A stretch of DNA of 64,000 nucleotides from Pseudomonadota bacterium (GTDB lineage: Bacteria; UBA10199; 2-02-FULL-44-16; DYJF01): the NCBI GenBank assembly GCA_043823065.1, contig JBDRBB010000001.1, positions 96,001 through 160,000 of the forward strand, read 5' to 3'. Both the position numbers and the translations under genes were made by a program. Shown piece after piece: positions 20,241-30,295 of this stretch. The notes below the pieces were generated by a model, which saw only the letters and a list, made by a program, of their open reading frames with translations, was not told where the DNA came from and did no database searches. Numbering within the stretch: the stretch's first letter is position 1; each line of letters opens with the position of its first letter.

Positions 20241-21827
20241 TTAAGAGTTATTTTTTCTCTTATAAAAGGCAATGCCCAAATCTTCACGTTCAATATAATA
20301 ATTATCTGTAAGGTAATCTTTTAATTGTGGATATTTAGCAACTGGATATTTGATGTAGTCATGGTAATTGCCAGGTGAAGTGTCTATGAAATACGCAGGC
20401 TTATTTTTTTCAAGATCTTCAAAAAATTTCTGCCAGCTGCCAGGCGTCACAAATTGTGAAGTGTCAAAATTAACGTCTTTAGCAGTTGGTGAGCCAGAAA
20501 CGCGGCCAGTTAGCCAATCGCACCAGAGAAAGCGCGAAGCTGCATAACGATCTGAATAGAAATAAATTGGTGTGGCAAAACCCCAAACAAAAATGGTGTC
20601 ATCAGGCTTAGTATTGTCTTTAATATATTGGGCAATCTGTTGGTAGTGCTTTGGGTTTTCTTCTCCAATAGCTGCATAAATTTGGTCAGCAGCCAATCTG
20701 GCTCCAAAAAAACCTACTGCTGGCAAAAAAATGCCAATTACAAATAAAGTATAAGCAAGTTTTTGCCTAAATTTGATTTCGTTATTTTGCAGCCAAATCA
20801 CAAAGAGGTCTGCATCTGCTGCAGCCAAAATAACCAAAGGGGGAAGAAGTTGGATAAAATAATGGCCAAAAAAACGACCGCCCATGCAAACTGGAATTAA
20901 ATTAAAAAGAAACCAAAATAAGACCCAGTATTGTTCAACAGGATGTTTTGACCAGATTAATTTGCTCATATATCTTAGGCCAAAAAACCAAATTAAAAAT
21001 GTAGAGGCAACAAAGGAGCCGCCTCTGATCAAAAAAGTTTTTAAAAAATCCACAGTGCTGCGGCCAGCTTCAATATAGGAAAATGAACCGCGCAAGCTCC
21101 AAAAATAAAACTCATTTAAAACTCCTAGATGATATAGGTGTAGAATAAAAAGTAATCCGATTAAAAATGAACCAGCTAGAAAAATTATAAAGCATTTAAT
21201 ATTGGCTAGATAAAATGTTTTTCTGTCATAAATTTTTGAAAAAAACAGGAGATAAAAACCTGCCAAAGCATAAGTGATTCCAGCTTGATATTTAAATAAA
21301 AAAGACAAAGCAAGTAATGCACCAGCAAGCAAAGGTCGCCACCATGCCTTGTCTCTATTCCAGGAAATTAGATAATAAACCGCCATGGTTAGCGGTAGCA
21401 TCATTACCACGACAATAGAGGTGGAGATAAATTTTGGAATATAGGTGGTTGAAAAAACTGCATAGAAAAAAGCGGCAAAAATTCCAGCACGTTCAGAAAA
21501 TAGCTTTTTGGCGATGTAATAACAATAGAGTGCAGTAATGGCTACAACTACTGCGGTTGCCAGATGCACGGCCAACATGTTGTTGCGTCCAAATAGGGCA
21601 AAGATGGCAGCAAAGAAATAATAGATGCCCAAAGGTTTGGTATCTACAGAACTGACATAAGGCAACCCTCCTGATAACAATGCATCGGCATAGCCAGCAA
21701 ATTGTGCTTCATCAACATCTAGGATTGGAGTCCAAAAAGCAGGTGCGCGCAAGATCAAGGTGATTAAAAAAATAATTATTGCTAGCACCCATTTGCTATT
21801 CAAAGTTTTAGTTTCCATGTTTAGCAT
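20241..21827 (-). CDS. ArnT/PMT-like membrane glycosyltransferase (GT-C fold)
   Basis: DVDEAQF, D-TKPLG, multiple TM helices, GHYFIQL. Confidence 0.85.
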   Translation of the reverse strand: MLNMETKTLNSKWVLAIIIFLITLILRAPAFWTPILDVDEAQFAGYADALLSGGLPYVSSVDTKPLGIYYFFAAIFALFGRNNMLAVHLATAVVVAITALYCYYIAKKLFSERAGIFAAFFYAVFSTTYIPKFISTSIVVVMMLPLTMAVYYLISWNRDKAWWRPLLAGALLALSFLFKYQAGITYALAGFYLLFFSKIYDRKTFYLANIKCFIIFLAGSFLIGLLFILHLYHLGVLNEFYFWSLRGSFSYIEAGRSTVDFLKTFLIRGGSFVASTFLIWFFGLRYMSKLIWSKHPVEQYWVLFWFLFNLIPVCMGGRFFGHYFIQLLPPLVILAAADADLFVIWLQNNEIKFRQKLAYTLFVIGIFLPAVGFFGARLAADQIYAAIGEENPKHYQQIAQYIKDNTKPDDTIFVWGFATPIYFYSDRYAASRFLWCDWLTGRVSGSPTAKDVNFDTSQFVTPGSWQKFFEDLEKNKPAYFIDTSPGNYHDYIKYPVAKYPQLKDYLTDNYYIEREDLGIAFYKRKNNS

Positions 21828-22731
21828 ACCATTCTGTTGTTAATTGCAGGCCCAGCTTTAAGGGAGTGCCAGATTTCCAGCCCAATTGCTTTTCAATTTT
21901 TAAAGAAGAGAGAGAAGATCGTAATTGTTCGCCAGCTACAGATGGACCATGTTTTTCTTCAAAATTGCTCTTGGTAATTTTTTTTAACAGAATAAATAAT
22001 TCGTTTATATTTGTTTCTATTCCAGTGCCTATATTGTAGGCGCCTAATGCTTCTGGCTTCAAAGCCAACAGATTTGCTTCTACAATATCTGCAACATAGA
22101 CAAAATCTCTGGTTTGTTTGCCGTCGCCGTTGATTACTGGTTGTTGGTTGCGCAGTATTTTGCCTAAAAAAACGGCTACAACTCCGCCCTCGCCAGTATT
22201 TTTTTGACGCGGCCCAAAAACATTGGCATAGCGCAAGCTAACATATGGTAAACCGTATTTATGGTGATAGTAATATAGATAATTTTCGCAGGTAAGTTTA
22301 TTAATGCCATAAGGGGAAAGGGGAGCGTTATAATAATTTTCCGGTGTTGGAATTTGATCAGCTTCTCCGTAGATTGCTCCGCCTGATGAAGCAAAAATCA
22401 CTTTTTGCAACCCATTTTTTAGTCCCTTTTCAATAATATGAATTAAGCCTGTAAGATTATTTTTTATGTCGTTAATTGGATCTGTTACTGATTGACGTAG
22501 ATCAACTTGAGCAGCATGATGATTAATGATTTGCGGTTTTTCCTTTTTAATGATTTCTGCGCATTCAGGGTGGCAAACATCTATTTCAAAAAATTTGGCT
22601 TTTGGATTAATGTTTTCTTTTTTTCCATTGGAAAGATTATCAAATATTATAACTTCTAAACCTTTTTGAAGATAGGCATCAACAATATGCGAACCAATAA
22701 AGCCAGCTCCTCCGGTGACCAAAACTTTCAT
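21808..22731 (-). CDS. NAD-dependent epimerase (UDP-glucose 4-epimerase-like)
   Basis: TGGAGFIGSH, YGINK, GDGKQTRDF. Confidence 0.92.
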   Translation of the reverse strand: MKVLVTGGAGFIGSHIVDAYLQKGLEVIIFDNLSNGKKENINPKAKFFEIDVCHPECAEIIKKEKPQIINHHAAQVDLRQSVTDPINDIKNNLTGLIHIIEKGLKNGLQKVIFASSGGAIYGEADQIPTPENYYNAPLSPYGINKLTCENYLYYYHHKYGLPYVSLRYANVFGPRQKNTGEGGVVAVFLGKILRNQQPVINGDGKQTRDFVYVADIVEANLLALKPEALGAYNIGTGIETNINELFILLKKITKSNFEEKHGPSVAGEQLRSSLSSLKIEKQLGWKSGTPLKLGLQLTTEWYAKHGN

Positions 22732-22822
22732 TATTCCTCCCTGTGTTAACCAGATATGATTGCTTTTTTAACACAGTTATTTGGCATTGCTCAAGTTGAA
22801 TTTGTAGTTTTGACAGTTTTAC

Positions 22823-23833
22823 TTGCCTATGCTACCACTAAAAAAATTTAAAATGAGACTCATGAAGATAGAAGATACCAAAAGTCGGCCATATGATGTT
22901 TCCATTATTATTCCTTTCTTAGATGAAAAAGAGAATTTAGGTCAATTATATACGGAATTAACTGAGACAATGACCAAGCTCACTGCTACTTATGAATTGA
23001 TATTTGTAGATGATGGCAGCAAGGATGGTAGTGATCAACTGATCTTAGAGTTTATAAAAAAAGATCATCGAGTTAAGCTGATTCAATTTGCCAGAAATTT
23101 TGGTCAAACAGCAGCTCTGGCAGCTGGTTTTGCTCAGGCCAATGGGCGGATTTATATAACCATTGATGCTGATAATCAAAATGTGCCAGCAGACATCCCA
23201 GAACTTTTGGAAAAAATTGAACAGGGTTTTGATGTTGTTTCTGGCTGGCGTAAAAATCGCCAAGATAAATTTATTACCAGACGCTTGCCTTCAATTGTGG
23301 CTAACTGGTTAATTTCCAAAATTACAGGCGTTCATCTGCAAGATTATGGTTGCACCTTGAAAGCTTATCGCGCGGAATTTATCGACAAAATAGAGCTTTA
23401 CGGAGAAATGCATCGTTTTATTCCAGCTTTTGCTTCTATGGTTGGTGCGTGTGTTACTGAAATTTCTGTGAAACATCGCCCTCGCCTGCGTGGTCGCACC
23501 AAATATAGCTTGAATCGTATTTTTAAGGTTTTAATGGATTTGCTAACTGTCAAATTTCTTTCCAGTTATGCTACCAAGCCAGGCTATCTATTCGGTGGTG
23601 TTGGCTTATTGTTATGTTTAGGTGGGCTAATGTCTGCTGCAGAAGTGATTATTGAAAGATATGCAGTTGGAACTTTTGCTCATAAAAACCCCATGCTTTT
23701 GTTGGCCGTATTTCTTTTCTTCTTAGGCGTGCAAATCATTATGATTGGTTTAATTGCCGAACTTATGGTTCGTACCTATCATGAATCTCAAGATAAAAAG
23801 ATATATTTAATCAAGAAAATGGTAAATTTATAG
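22823..23833 (+). CDS. Polyprenol-phosphate glycosyltransferase, GT2 (ArnC/GtrB-like)
   Basis: DDGSKD, RNFGQTAA, DADNQ, GEMHRFIP, two C-terminal TMs; true start probably 22853 or 22862. Confidence 0.92.
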   Translation: MPMLPLKKFKMRLMKIEDTKSRPYDVSIIIPFLDEKENLGQLYTELTETMTKLTATYELIFVDDGSKDGSDQLILEFIKKDHRVKLIQFARNFGQTAALAAGFAQANGRIYITIDADNQNVPADIPELLEKIEQGFDVVSGWRKNRQDKFITRRLPSIVANWLISKITGVHLQDYGCTLKAYRAEFIDKIELYGEMHRFIPAFASMVGACVTEISVKHRPRLRGRTKYSLNRIFKVLMDLLTVKFLSSYATKPGYLFGGVGLLLCLGGLMSAAEVIIERYAVGTFAHKNPMLLLAVFLFFLGVQIIMIGLIAELMVRTYHESQDKKIYLIKKMVNL

Positions 23834-23841
23834 AGGCAGAT

Positions 23842-25716
23842 ATGTGTGGTATTTGTGGAATTTTACATGCTCATTCAGCGTATAACGTTCAGGCTAGCGT
23901 TTTGGAAGCCATGAATGAAACTATGCGACATCGCGGGCCTGATGACGCTGGTGTTTATGTTAAGGGCAGTACTGGTCTGGCTATGCGGCGTCTTTCTATA
24001 ATTGATGTTGCTGGAGGTCATCAACCATTGGCCAATGAAGACGGCTCAATTCAAGCTATCTTAAACGGAGAAATTTATAATTATAAAGAGTTAAGAGAAG
24101 AGCTGGAAGCCCACGGGCATCATTTTAAAACCAATTCAGATACTGAGGTGTTGCCGCATTTATATGAAGAGCTGGGAGAAGATTGTATTGATAAATTAAA
24201 CGGTATGTTTGGTTTGGCTATTTGGGACGAGAAAAAGCGCAAGCTAATTTTAGCGCGTGATCGGATTGGCAAAAAACCTTTGTATTATACGATGCAAAAT
24301 ACTCTCTTGTTATTTGCTTCAGAATTAAAGGCGATTTGTGCCCATCCTGAAATTAAAAGAGAAATTGATGCAATTTCTTTGTCCAAATATCTTGCTTATG
24401 AATATGTGCCTGCTCCACGCACAATCTTTAGAAATATTTTTAAATTAGAAGAAGGACATATATTAATTTGGGAAGATGGCAAAACCACCAAGAAACAATA
24501 TTGGAACATTCCAGTACGTGAATTTGAGCGTATCAAGTTAACTGATGCCCAAGATTCGCTCAAAGATCTGTTATATTGTTCAGTCAAGCGTAGATTAATG
24601 AGTGATGTGCCTTTAGGTGTTTTTTTAAGCGGAGGGATTGATTCTTCAATTATCACTTATTTGATGAGCACAATATTGCCTCCAGAACAAATTAAAACTT
24701 TTTCCATTGGCTTTAGCGAAAAATCTTTTGATGAATCTTCTTATGCCCGTCTGGTTGCCAGTCATTTTGGCACAGATCATCATGAACAAGAATGCTCTGC
24801 TCAGGACTTGTTAAGTTTATTACCAGAAGTTCAAAACTTTTTAGATGAACCTTTAGGCGATTCTTCAATTATTCCAACATATGCGCTGTCAAAATTTACC
24901 AGACAGCATGTGACCGTTGCTTTGGGCGGAGATGGAGGCGATGAGCTATTTGCCGGTTATCCAACTTTTATCGCGGATAACTATGCTAAATACTATCGGT
25001 TTGTGCCAGGGCTAATTCGTAATAATATTGTGAGACCCTTGGTTGCTAAATTGCCGGTTAATGATGATAATATTAGTTTTGATTTCAAAGTTAAACAATT
25101 TGTCAAAGGAGCTGGTTTAAAAGAAGCAGAACGTCATTTTATCTGGATAGGTTCTTTTTCTCCAAAAGAATTGGAAAAACTATTTGGCGTGAAACAAATG
25201 ATTGATGTGTTTGATAATGTTAAACATCATTTAAAAATTGCCCATACAGCCAGTCCTGGTAATCAATTATTATATTTATATAATAAGTTATATTTAAACG
25301 AAGATATTTTAGTAAAAGTAGATCGGGCTTCTATGGGTTGTTCTTTGGAAGTGCGCGCTCCTTTTTTAGATTATCATGTAGTGGACTTTGTTAGTAGATT
25401 GCCATATTCCATGAAGCTTCATGGTTCCACTATGAAGTATTTGTTGAAAAAAACGTTTGGCCATATTTTGCCTCCAGGGGTTGCCAATAGGCCCAAAAAA
25501 GGTTTTGGTATTCCGGTTGCCAAATGGCTCAAGGGTCCCTTAAAACAAATGGCTCAAGATTTGTTGCATCCAGCAAAGATTAAAGCTGAGGGTTTTTTTG
25601 ATCCAAACGAGGTCGCTAGATTATTAACTGACCATTTAAGCAACAAAGTTGACAACCGTAAGAAGCTGTGGACACTGATGATGTTTGAAATGTGGTTGGA
25701 GCGTTGGGGTAAATAA
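23842..25716 (+). CDS. asnB: Asparagine synthase-family glutamine amidotransferase
   Basis: MCGICG, HRGPD, RRLSIID, SGGIDSS, GDGGDELFAGY. Confidence 0.93.
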   Translation: MCGICGILHAHSAYNVQASVLEAMNETMRHRGPDDAGVYVKGSTGLAMRRLSIIDVAGGHQPLANEDGSIQAILNGEIYNYKELREELEAHGHHFKTNSDTEVLPHLYEELGEDCIDKLNGMFGLAIWDEKKRKLILARDRIGKKPLYYTMQNTLLLFASELKAICAHPEIKREIDAISLSKYLAYEYVPAPRTIFRNIFKLEEGHILIWEDGKTTKKQYWNIPVREFERIKLTDAQDSLKDLLYCSVKRRLMSDVPLGVFLSGGIDSSIITYLMSTILPPEQIKTFSIGFSEKSFDESSYARLVASHFGTDHHEQECSAQDLLSLLPEVQNFLDEPLGDSSIIPTYALSKFTRQHVTVALGGDGGDELFAGYPTFIADNYAKYYRFVPGLIRNNIVRPLVAKLPVNDDNISFDFKVKQFVKGAGLKEAERHFIWIGSFSPKELEKLFGVKQMIDVFDNVKHHLKIAHTASPGNQLLYLYNKLYLNEDILVKVDRASMGCSLEVRAPFLDYHVVDFVSRLPYSMKLHGSTMKYLLKKTFGHILPPGVANRPKKGFGIPVAKWLKGPLKQMAQDLLHPAKIKAEGFFDPNEVARLLTDHLSNKVDNRKKLWTLMMFEMWLERWGK

Positions 25717-26705
25717 TGAAACTGGATATTGTAAAACTAGATCAGGAGCTTCGGGAAAATAATATCAGGCCACTTTATATAATTGTTGGTGAAGAAAATT
25801 ATTTAGCTCACAGTTCGCTTAAAAGAATCGAAAAATCAATATTTGGTAATGAGTCTAATGAATTAGCTCGCACAGTATTGGATGGTCAAGGTTTTTCTCA
25901 GGCAGCATTTTTACAGGCCCTGCAATCCATGCCCATGTTTGGTAACAAAACCTTGGTAATTGTGCGTGATGCAGATAAAATATCCAAAGAAAAGTTGGAA
26001 AACCTATTGCCCCATCTTGAGAAAATTTCTAGCGCAACAACAGCAATTTTTATGGCCGCAAAATTAGATGGCCGCAGTCGATTTATGCAAGTTTGTGCCA
26101 AAAATATACAAACGGCGATTATTGAGTGTAAACCGCTTTACGCCAATCAGGTTGCTTCATGGATCAATATGGAAATGCGTCATTTTCAAAAACAAATTGC
26201 GCAAGACGCAGCAGGTTTTTTGGCAGATATTGTTGGTTCTGATTTAGGTCAATTAATGCAGGCCATGGAGCGAATTTCGCTTTTTGTGGGACTAAAAAAA
26301 TTAGTTGAACTGGCAGATGTGGAAGAGGCTATTGCAGAAACTACGCAAAGATCTGTATTTGAATTAACTGACGCAATTGGCAATAAAGACAAGGCCAGGG
26401 CGTTGTCAGTGCTGCATAATTTAATGGAATATGGTGCTTCGCCTGTACTAATTTTAAATATGATTGCTCGTCATTTTAGAATTTTAATAAAAGCTAAAGA
26501 AGTTATTGGTAAAGGTTCGGAGCGTGAGCTTGCCTCGTATTTGGGTGTAAATTCCTTCTTTGTCAGAAACTATCTTAATCAGGCTCAGAAATATTCTATT
26601 ACAGAATTAAAAGCTAAATTTAGCGATCTTTGTTTTCGTGATCGCCAAATAAAATCCAGCCGCTTGCCTCGCGAACGTATTTTAGAACAATTGATTATCA
26701 ACTAA
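25716..26705 (+). CDS. holA: DNA polymerase III delta subunit
   Basis: YIIVGEENYL, PMFG..LVIV, SVFELTDAI. Confidence 0.9.
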   Translation: MKLDIVKLDQELRENNIRPLYIIVGEENYLAHSSLKRIEKSIFGNESNELARTVLDGQGFSQAAFLQALQSMPMFGNKTLVIVRDADKISKEKLENLLPHLEKISSATTAIFMAAKLDGRSRFMQVCAKNIQTAIIECKPLYANQVASWINMEMRHFQKQIAQDAAGFLADIVGSDLGQLMQAMERISLFVGLKKLVELADVEEAIAETTQRSVFELTDAIGNKDKARALSVLHNLMEYGASPVLILNMIARHFRILIKAKEVIGKGSERELASYLGVNSFFVRNYLNQAQKYSITELKAKFSDLCFRDRQIKSSRLPRERILEQLIIN

Positions 26706-26797
26706 TCCCCAAATCGATATATTTCTAAATCTCAAAAAAAACTTGCTTTCACAATAGGTTAGGCAGTATAGAGACGCACAAATATAGGGGGCTGGTA

Positions 26798-28078
26798 ATG
26801 AAAATCCTAGTGATAGGCAGTGGTGGCAGAGAACATGCGCTAGTGTGGAAATTGGCTCAATCACCAAGAGTCAAAAAGATATTTTGTGCTCCTGGGAACG
26901 CAGGAATAGCTCAAGAAGCAGAATGTGTTCCTATTAATGCTGATGACATTCAGGGTTTGCTAGCCTTTGCCTTAACGGAAGAGATTGATTTAACTATTGT
27001 TGGTCCGGAATTGCCCTTGTCTTTAGGCATTGTTGATACTTTTCAAGATGAACATCTGAATATTTTTGGCCCTTCTGTAAAGGCTGCTTGTTTGGAATCT
27101 TCAAAAGTTTTTGCCAAAGAGTTTTGTTTAAAACATAAAATACCAACACCTAAAGCTGTTTTTTTTGATGATATTAAGCAAGCTGTTGCTTATGTAGAGA
27201 CACAAAACAAGCCTATGGTTATTAAAGCTGATGGTTTGGCTGCAGGCAAGGGGGTGTTGATTTGTCAGGATAAAAATGAAGGTTTGGATGCTCTAAAAAA
27301 TATTATGGTAGCCAGGTCTTTTGGTGATGCTGGTAATAAAGTTGTAATTGAGGAATTTATTGAAGGAGAGGAACTTTCTTTTATTGCTATTTCCGATGGT
27401 GAAACAATTTTACCTTTGGCTAGTTCTCAAGATCATAAGCGCGCGTTAGATAATGATCTTGGATTAAATACCGGAGGTATGGGCGCTTATTCACCAGCAT
27501 CTATTTTAACTCAAGATCTGCACGATCAGATTATGCATGACATTATGCAACCAGTTATAAAAGGTATGGCGGCCCAAGGAACTCCTTTTATAGGTATTTT
27601 ATATGCTGGTATAATGATTAAAAATAATGTCCCTTATGTACTGGAATTTAATTGTCGATTTGGTGATCCTGAAACTCAACCAATTTTAATGCGTTTAAAT
27701 ACCGATTTGTTGGATATCATAGAAAGTGCAGTAAGCGGATATTTGGCTAGCTGGAAATTAGATTGGAAGCCTGATTCAGCTGTTTGTGTGGTTATGGCAG
27801 CAGAGGGTTATCCTGGTAGATATGAAAAAGGAAGAAAGATTAATGGTTTAAATGAGGTGGAGAATTTGCCTGGAGTTAAAGTCTTTCATGCAGGAACTCT
27901 GCAGGAGAATAATCAAATAGTTACCAATGGTGGCCGTGTATTAGGAGTGACAGCTTTGGGTGAAGATATAAATATTGCTGTTAGAAATGCTTATGCTGCT
28001 GTGGAAAAGATATCTTGGGAAGGTGTGCATTACAGAAAAGACATTGGAAAACGCGCCCTAGGGGGGAAAAATGGCTGA
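26798..28078 (+). CDS. purD: Phosphoribosylamine-glycine ligase
   Basis: GSGGREHA, KADGLAAGKGV, QDHKR, NTGGMG, RFGDPE. Confidence 0.98.
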   Translation: MKILVIGSGGREHALVWKLAQSPRVKKIFCAPGNAGIAQEAECVPINADDIQGLLAFALTEEIDLTIVGPELPLSLGIVDTFQDEHLNIFGPSVKAACLESSKVFAKEFCLKHKIPTPKAVFFDDIKQAVAYVETQNKPMVIKADGLAAGKGVLICQDKNEGLDALKNIMVARSFGDAGNKVVIEEFIEGEELSFIAISDGETILPLASSQDHKRALDNDLGLNTGGMGAYSPASILTQDLHDQIMHDIMQPVIKGMAAQGTPFIGILYAGIMIKNNVPYVLEFNCRFGDPETQPILMRLNTDLLDIIESAVSGYLASWKLDWKPDSAVCVVMAAEGYPGRYEKGRKINGLNEVENLPGVKVFHAGTLQENNQIVTNGGRVLGVTALGEDINIAVRNAYAAVEKISWEGVHYRKDIGKRALGGKNG

Positions 28079-28559
28079 AAAAGCAAATGTCATGATTTTA
28101 ATGGGTTCAGATTCAGATCTGGCTGTAATGGAGGAAACAAAAAAGACTCTAGCTGAATTTGAAGTTGCTTGCAAAATGCATATTGCTTCAGCTCATCGTT
28201 CTCCAGAAAAAGTGGCAGATTTGGTAGGCAAGGCTCAAAAAAATGGTATAAAGGTTATTATTGCTGGCGCAGGCATGGCTGCACATCTGGCTGGCGCTGT
28301 GGCTGCGCACACTACCTTGCCAGTTATTGGAGTTCCTTTGGCAGGATCAGCTTTAAATGGTTTAGATGCCTTGCTTTCGACAGTGCAAATGCCGTCAGGA
28401 ATGCCAGTGGCAACAATGGCCATCGGCAAACCTGGCGCCAAGAACGCGGCAATTTTAGCGGTGCAGATATTAGCAACATCAGATGATGATTTGGCAGATA
28501 AATTGATGAAGTTTCGTGAGAAAATGAAAGCTAAGGTGGAGGATAGTGAATGTCTTTAA
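28071..28559 (+). CDS. purE: N5-CAIR mutase
   Basis: MGSDSD, SAHRSP, VQMPSG. Confidence 0.97.
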   Translation: MAEKANVMILMGSDSDLAVMEETKKTLAEFEVACKMHIASAHRSPEKVADLVGKAQKNGIKVIIAGAGMAAHLAGAVAAHTTLPVIGVPLAGSALNGLDALLSTVQMPSGMPVATMAIGKPGAKNAAILAVQILATSDDDLADKLMKFREKMKAKVEDSECL

Positions 28560-29188
28560 TATTACGCATCAATCCTAAAGAACCGGAAGCAGCAGAAATT
28601 GCCAAAGCAGTAGAATTTTTGCAAACCGGTGAGGTTGTTGCTTATCCAACTGAAACTATTTTTGGTTTAGGTGCAGATGTATTTAATAAGAAAGCTATTA
28701 AAAAAATTTATGATTTAAAATCCAGGGATTATGGTTTACCCATCTCCATTTTAATTGCTGATATTCCCATGCTCCGTCAATATGTTAAAGAAGTTCCAGA
28801 TCATGCTTTAAGATTAATGCGCAAATTTTGGCCAGGACCATTAACCATTTGTTTTCCAGCTAGTGAAGAAATTCCTAAAGGGTTAGTCACGAATACGGGT
28901 AGGGTTGGAGTTAGGCTTTCCTCACATCCTGTGGCTGCTGCTTTGGTAAAAGTTTTTGGTAAAGCCATAACCACTACCAGCGCTAATCTTTCAGGATATC
29001 CACCGGCTTTATCAGTTAAGCATATTCAAAAATATTTTGGCGAAAAAATACCTTGTATTATTGATGCTGGTGAGTGCGATCCTTCAAAAGGTTCAACAGT
29101 AGTTGATGTTGGTGAAGATACTATGCGTATTATTCGTGAAGGAAGTATCCCAGCAGATGAAGTGATTAAGTGTTTTCAAGATGCCTAA
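28550..29188 (+). CDS. tsaC: Threonylcarbamoyl-AMP synthase (YrdC/Sua5)
   Basis: [22 protein letters not shown]. Confidence 0.95.
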   Translation: MSLILRINPKEPEAAEIAKAVEFLQTGEVVAYPTETIFGLGADVFNKKAIKKIYDLKSRDYGLPISILIADIPMLRQYVKEVPDHALRLMRKFWPGPLTICFPASEEIPKGLVTNTGRVGVRLSSHPVAAALVKVFGKAITTTSANLSGYPPALSVKHIQKYFGEKIPCIIDAGECDPSKGSTVVDVGEDTMRIIREGSIPADEVIKCFQDA

Positions 29189-29507
29189 TCTCTCCTACTT
29201 GAAATCTGATGTCCTTAATATTAATTCCAGGCACTGCTAATTTTATTTTTTCCAAAAGAGTGGATTGGAGAAAACTAAGTTCTTGCATCCAGGATGCATG
29301 CTTGACTTTAATCACTAAAGTATTCCCTTGCCATTTAGCAGGTTGAGAATTTTGGGCTATTTGCGGTCCAACAATATCTTCCCATATTTCACATACTTGA
29401 TATTGACGCATTTTTTTGGTTAAGCCCATATTTTTTAGGGCATCACCTAGAGCGGTGCTAAAGGTGCAGAAATTTTTATTCTTTTTTCTTTTGGGAGAGG
29501 GACGCAT
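29166..29507 (-). CDS. dciA: DciA (DUF721) replicative helicase loader family
   Basis: WEDIVGPQIA...LVIKVKHASWMQELSF...IKDIRFQVG pattern. Confidence 0.85.
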   Translation of the reverse strand: MRPSPKRKKNKNFCTFSTALGDALKNMGLTKKMRQYQVCEIWEDIVGPQIAQNSQPAKWQGNTLVIKVKHASWMQELSFLQSTLLEKIKLAVPGINIKDIRFQVGEIRHLENT

Positions 29508-29569
29508 GATATGCGTGCTTTAACACAATACTGGTTAATATCAAGATTTTTAGCCCCACAACTTTAAAT

Positions 29570-29632
29570 AAAAAAAGCCGATAAGAGCTAGCGTGTTGCT
29601 ACTTCGGCAACCCAGCCACCATATCGGCTTTT
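29570..29632 (-). terminator. Intrinsic terminator overlapping the riboswitch 3' half
   Basis: Minus strand AGCCGATA..GGCTGG.GTTGC / GCAAC..CTAGCT..TATCGGCT followed by a T-run. Confidence 0.75.
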
Positions 29633-29741
29633 CACCGTCCATCTGGTCCTGAATCCAGGAACTCACATGAACATTAAGTCAAAGCGACTTAGGCCTGTTG
29701 GCTTTGCGTCCCCTGATTTCTCAGGGTTTGCCCTTATCGGC
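29602..29741 (-). ncRNA. c-di-GMP-I (GEMM-I) riboswitch with extended P3
   Basis: Minus strand AAGGGCAAACCCTGA-GAAA-TCAGGGGACGCAAAGCC...CCTAAG...TATGG TGGCTGGGTTGCCGAA; GAAA tetraloop plus 11-nt receptor; extended -10 TGgTATAAT at 29749-29757. Confidence 0.9.
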
Positions 29742-29918
29742 AATTACTATTATACCAGAAAAATTAAGAATTATAAATGTTTTTTTTAGCTTGCTGATGC
29801 TTGTAATTACTGGAAATATTGCAAGCTATAGATATAATATAACAATTGACAAGTATGAGCGTTGACAAGTATACCGCGTGTCTGCAATAATTAATTATTA
29901 ATAAAATGGGGGAAAGGG

Positions 29919-30293
29919 GTGGTGGTTATGAATAAAAAAGATTTAGAACATTTTAGAAAAATTCTTTTGCAGCGCCAACGAGATCTTATGGAAACAGCCT
30001 TAAATACTAAGGAAGAAGGTTTGGGTTTTGACCAAGCAGATATGCCAGATGAAGTGGATTTGGCAACTACCGAATGGGGACAATCCCTAAACCTTAGATT
30101 GCGTGATCGTGAATTGGTTTTGTGGAAAAAGATAAACAAGGCTTTAGAAAAGATTGAAGATGGAAGCTATGGAGTTTGCGAAAATTGTGAAGAGGAAATT
30201 ACTAAGAAAAGATTAGAAGCCAGGCCAGTTGCCGAGCTCTGTATTAAATGTAAAGAACAAATGGAAAAATTGGAAAAGGGCTACGCAGAATAG
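29919..30293 (+). CDS. dksA: DksA/TraR C4 zinc-finger protein
   Basis: DEVDLA tip, YGVCENC...RLEARP...CIKC. Confidence 0.92.
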   Translation: MVVMNKKDLEHFRKILLQRQRDLMETALNTKEEGLGFDQADMPDEVDLATTEWGQSLNLRLRDRELVLWKKINKALEKIEDGSYGVCENCEEEITKKRLEARPVAELCIKCKEQMEKLEKGYAE

Positions 30294-30295
30294 AA

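Noticed and set aside
29602..29741. cGAMP-sensing (GEMM-Ib) variant
   Set aside because: The discriminating position reads G (AGGGCAAA), as in c-di-GMP binders, not A.
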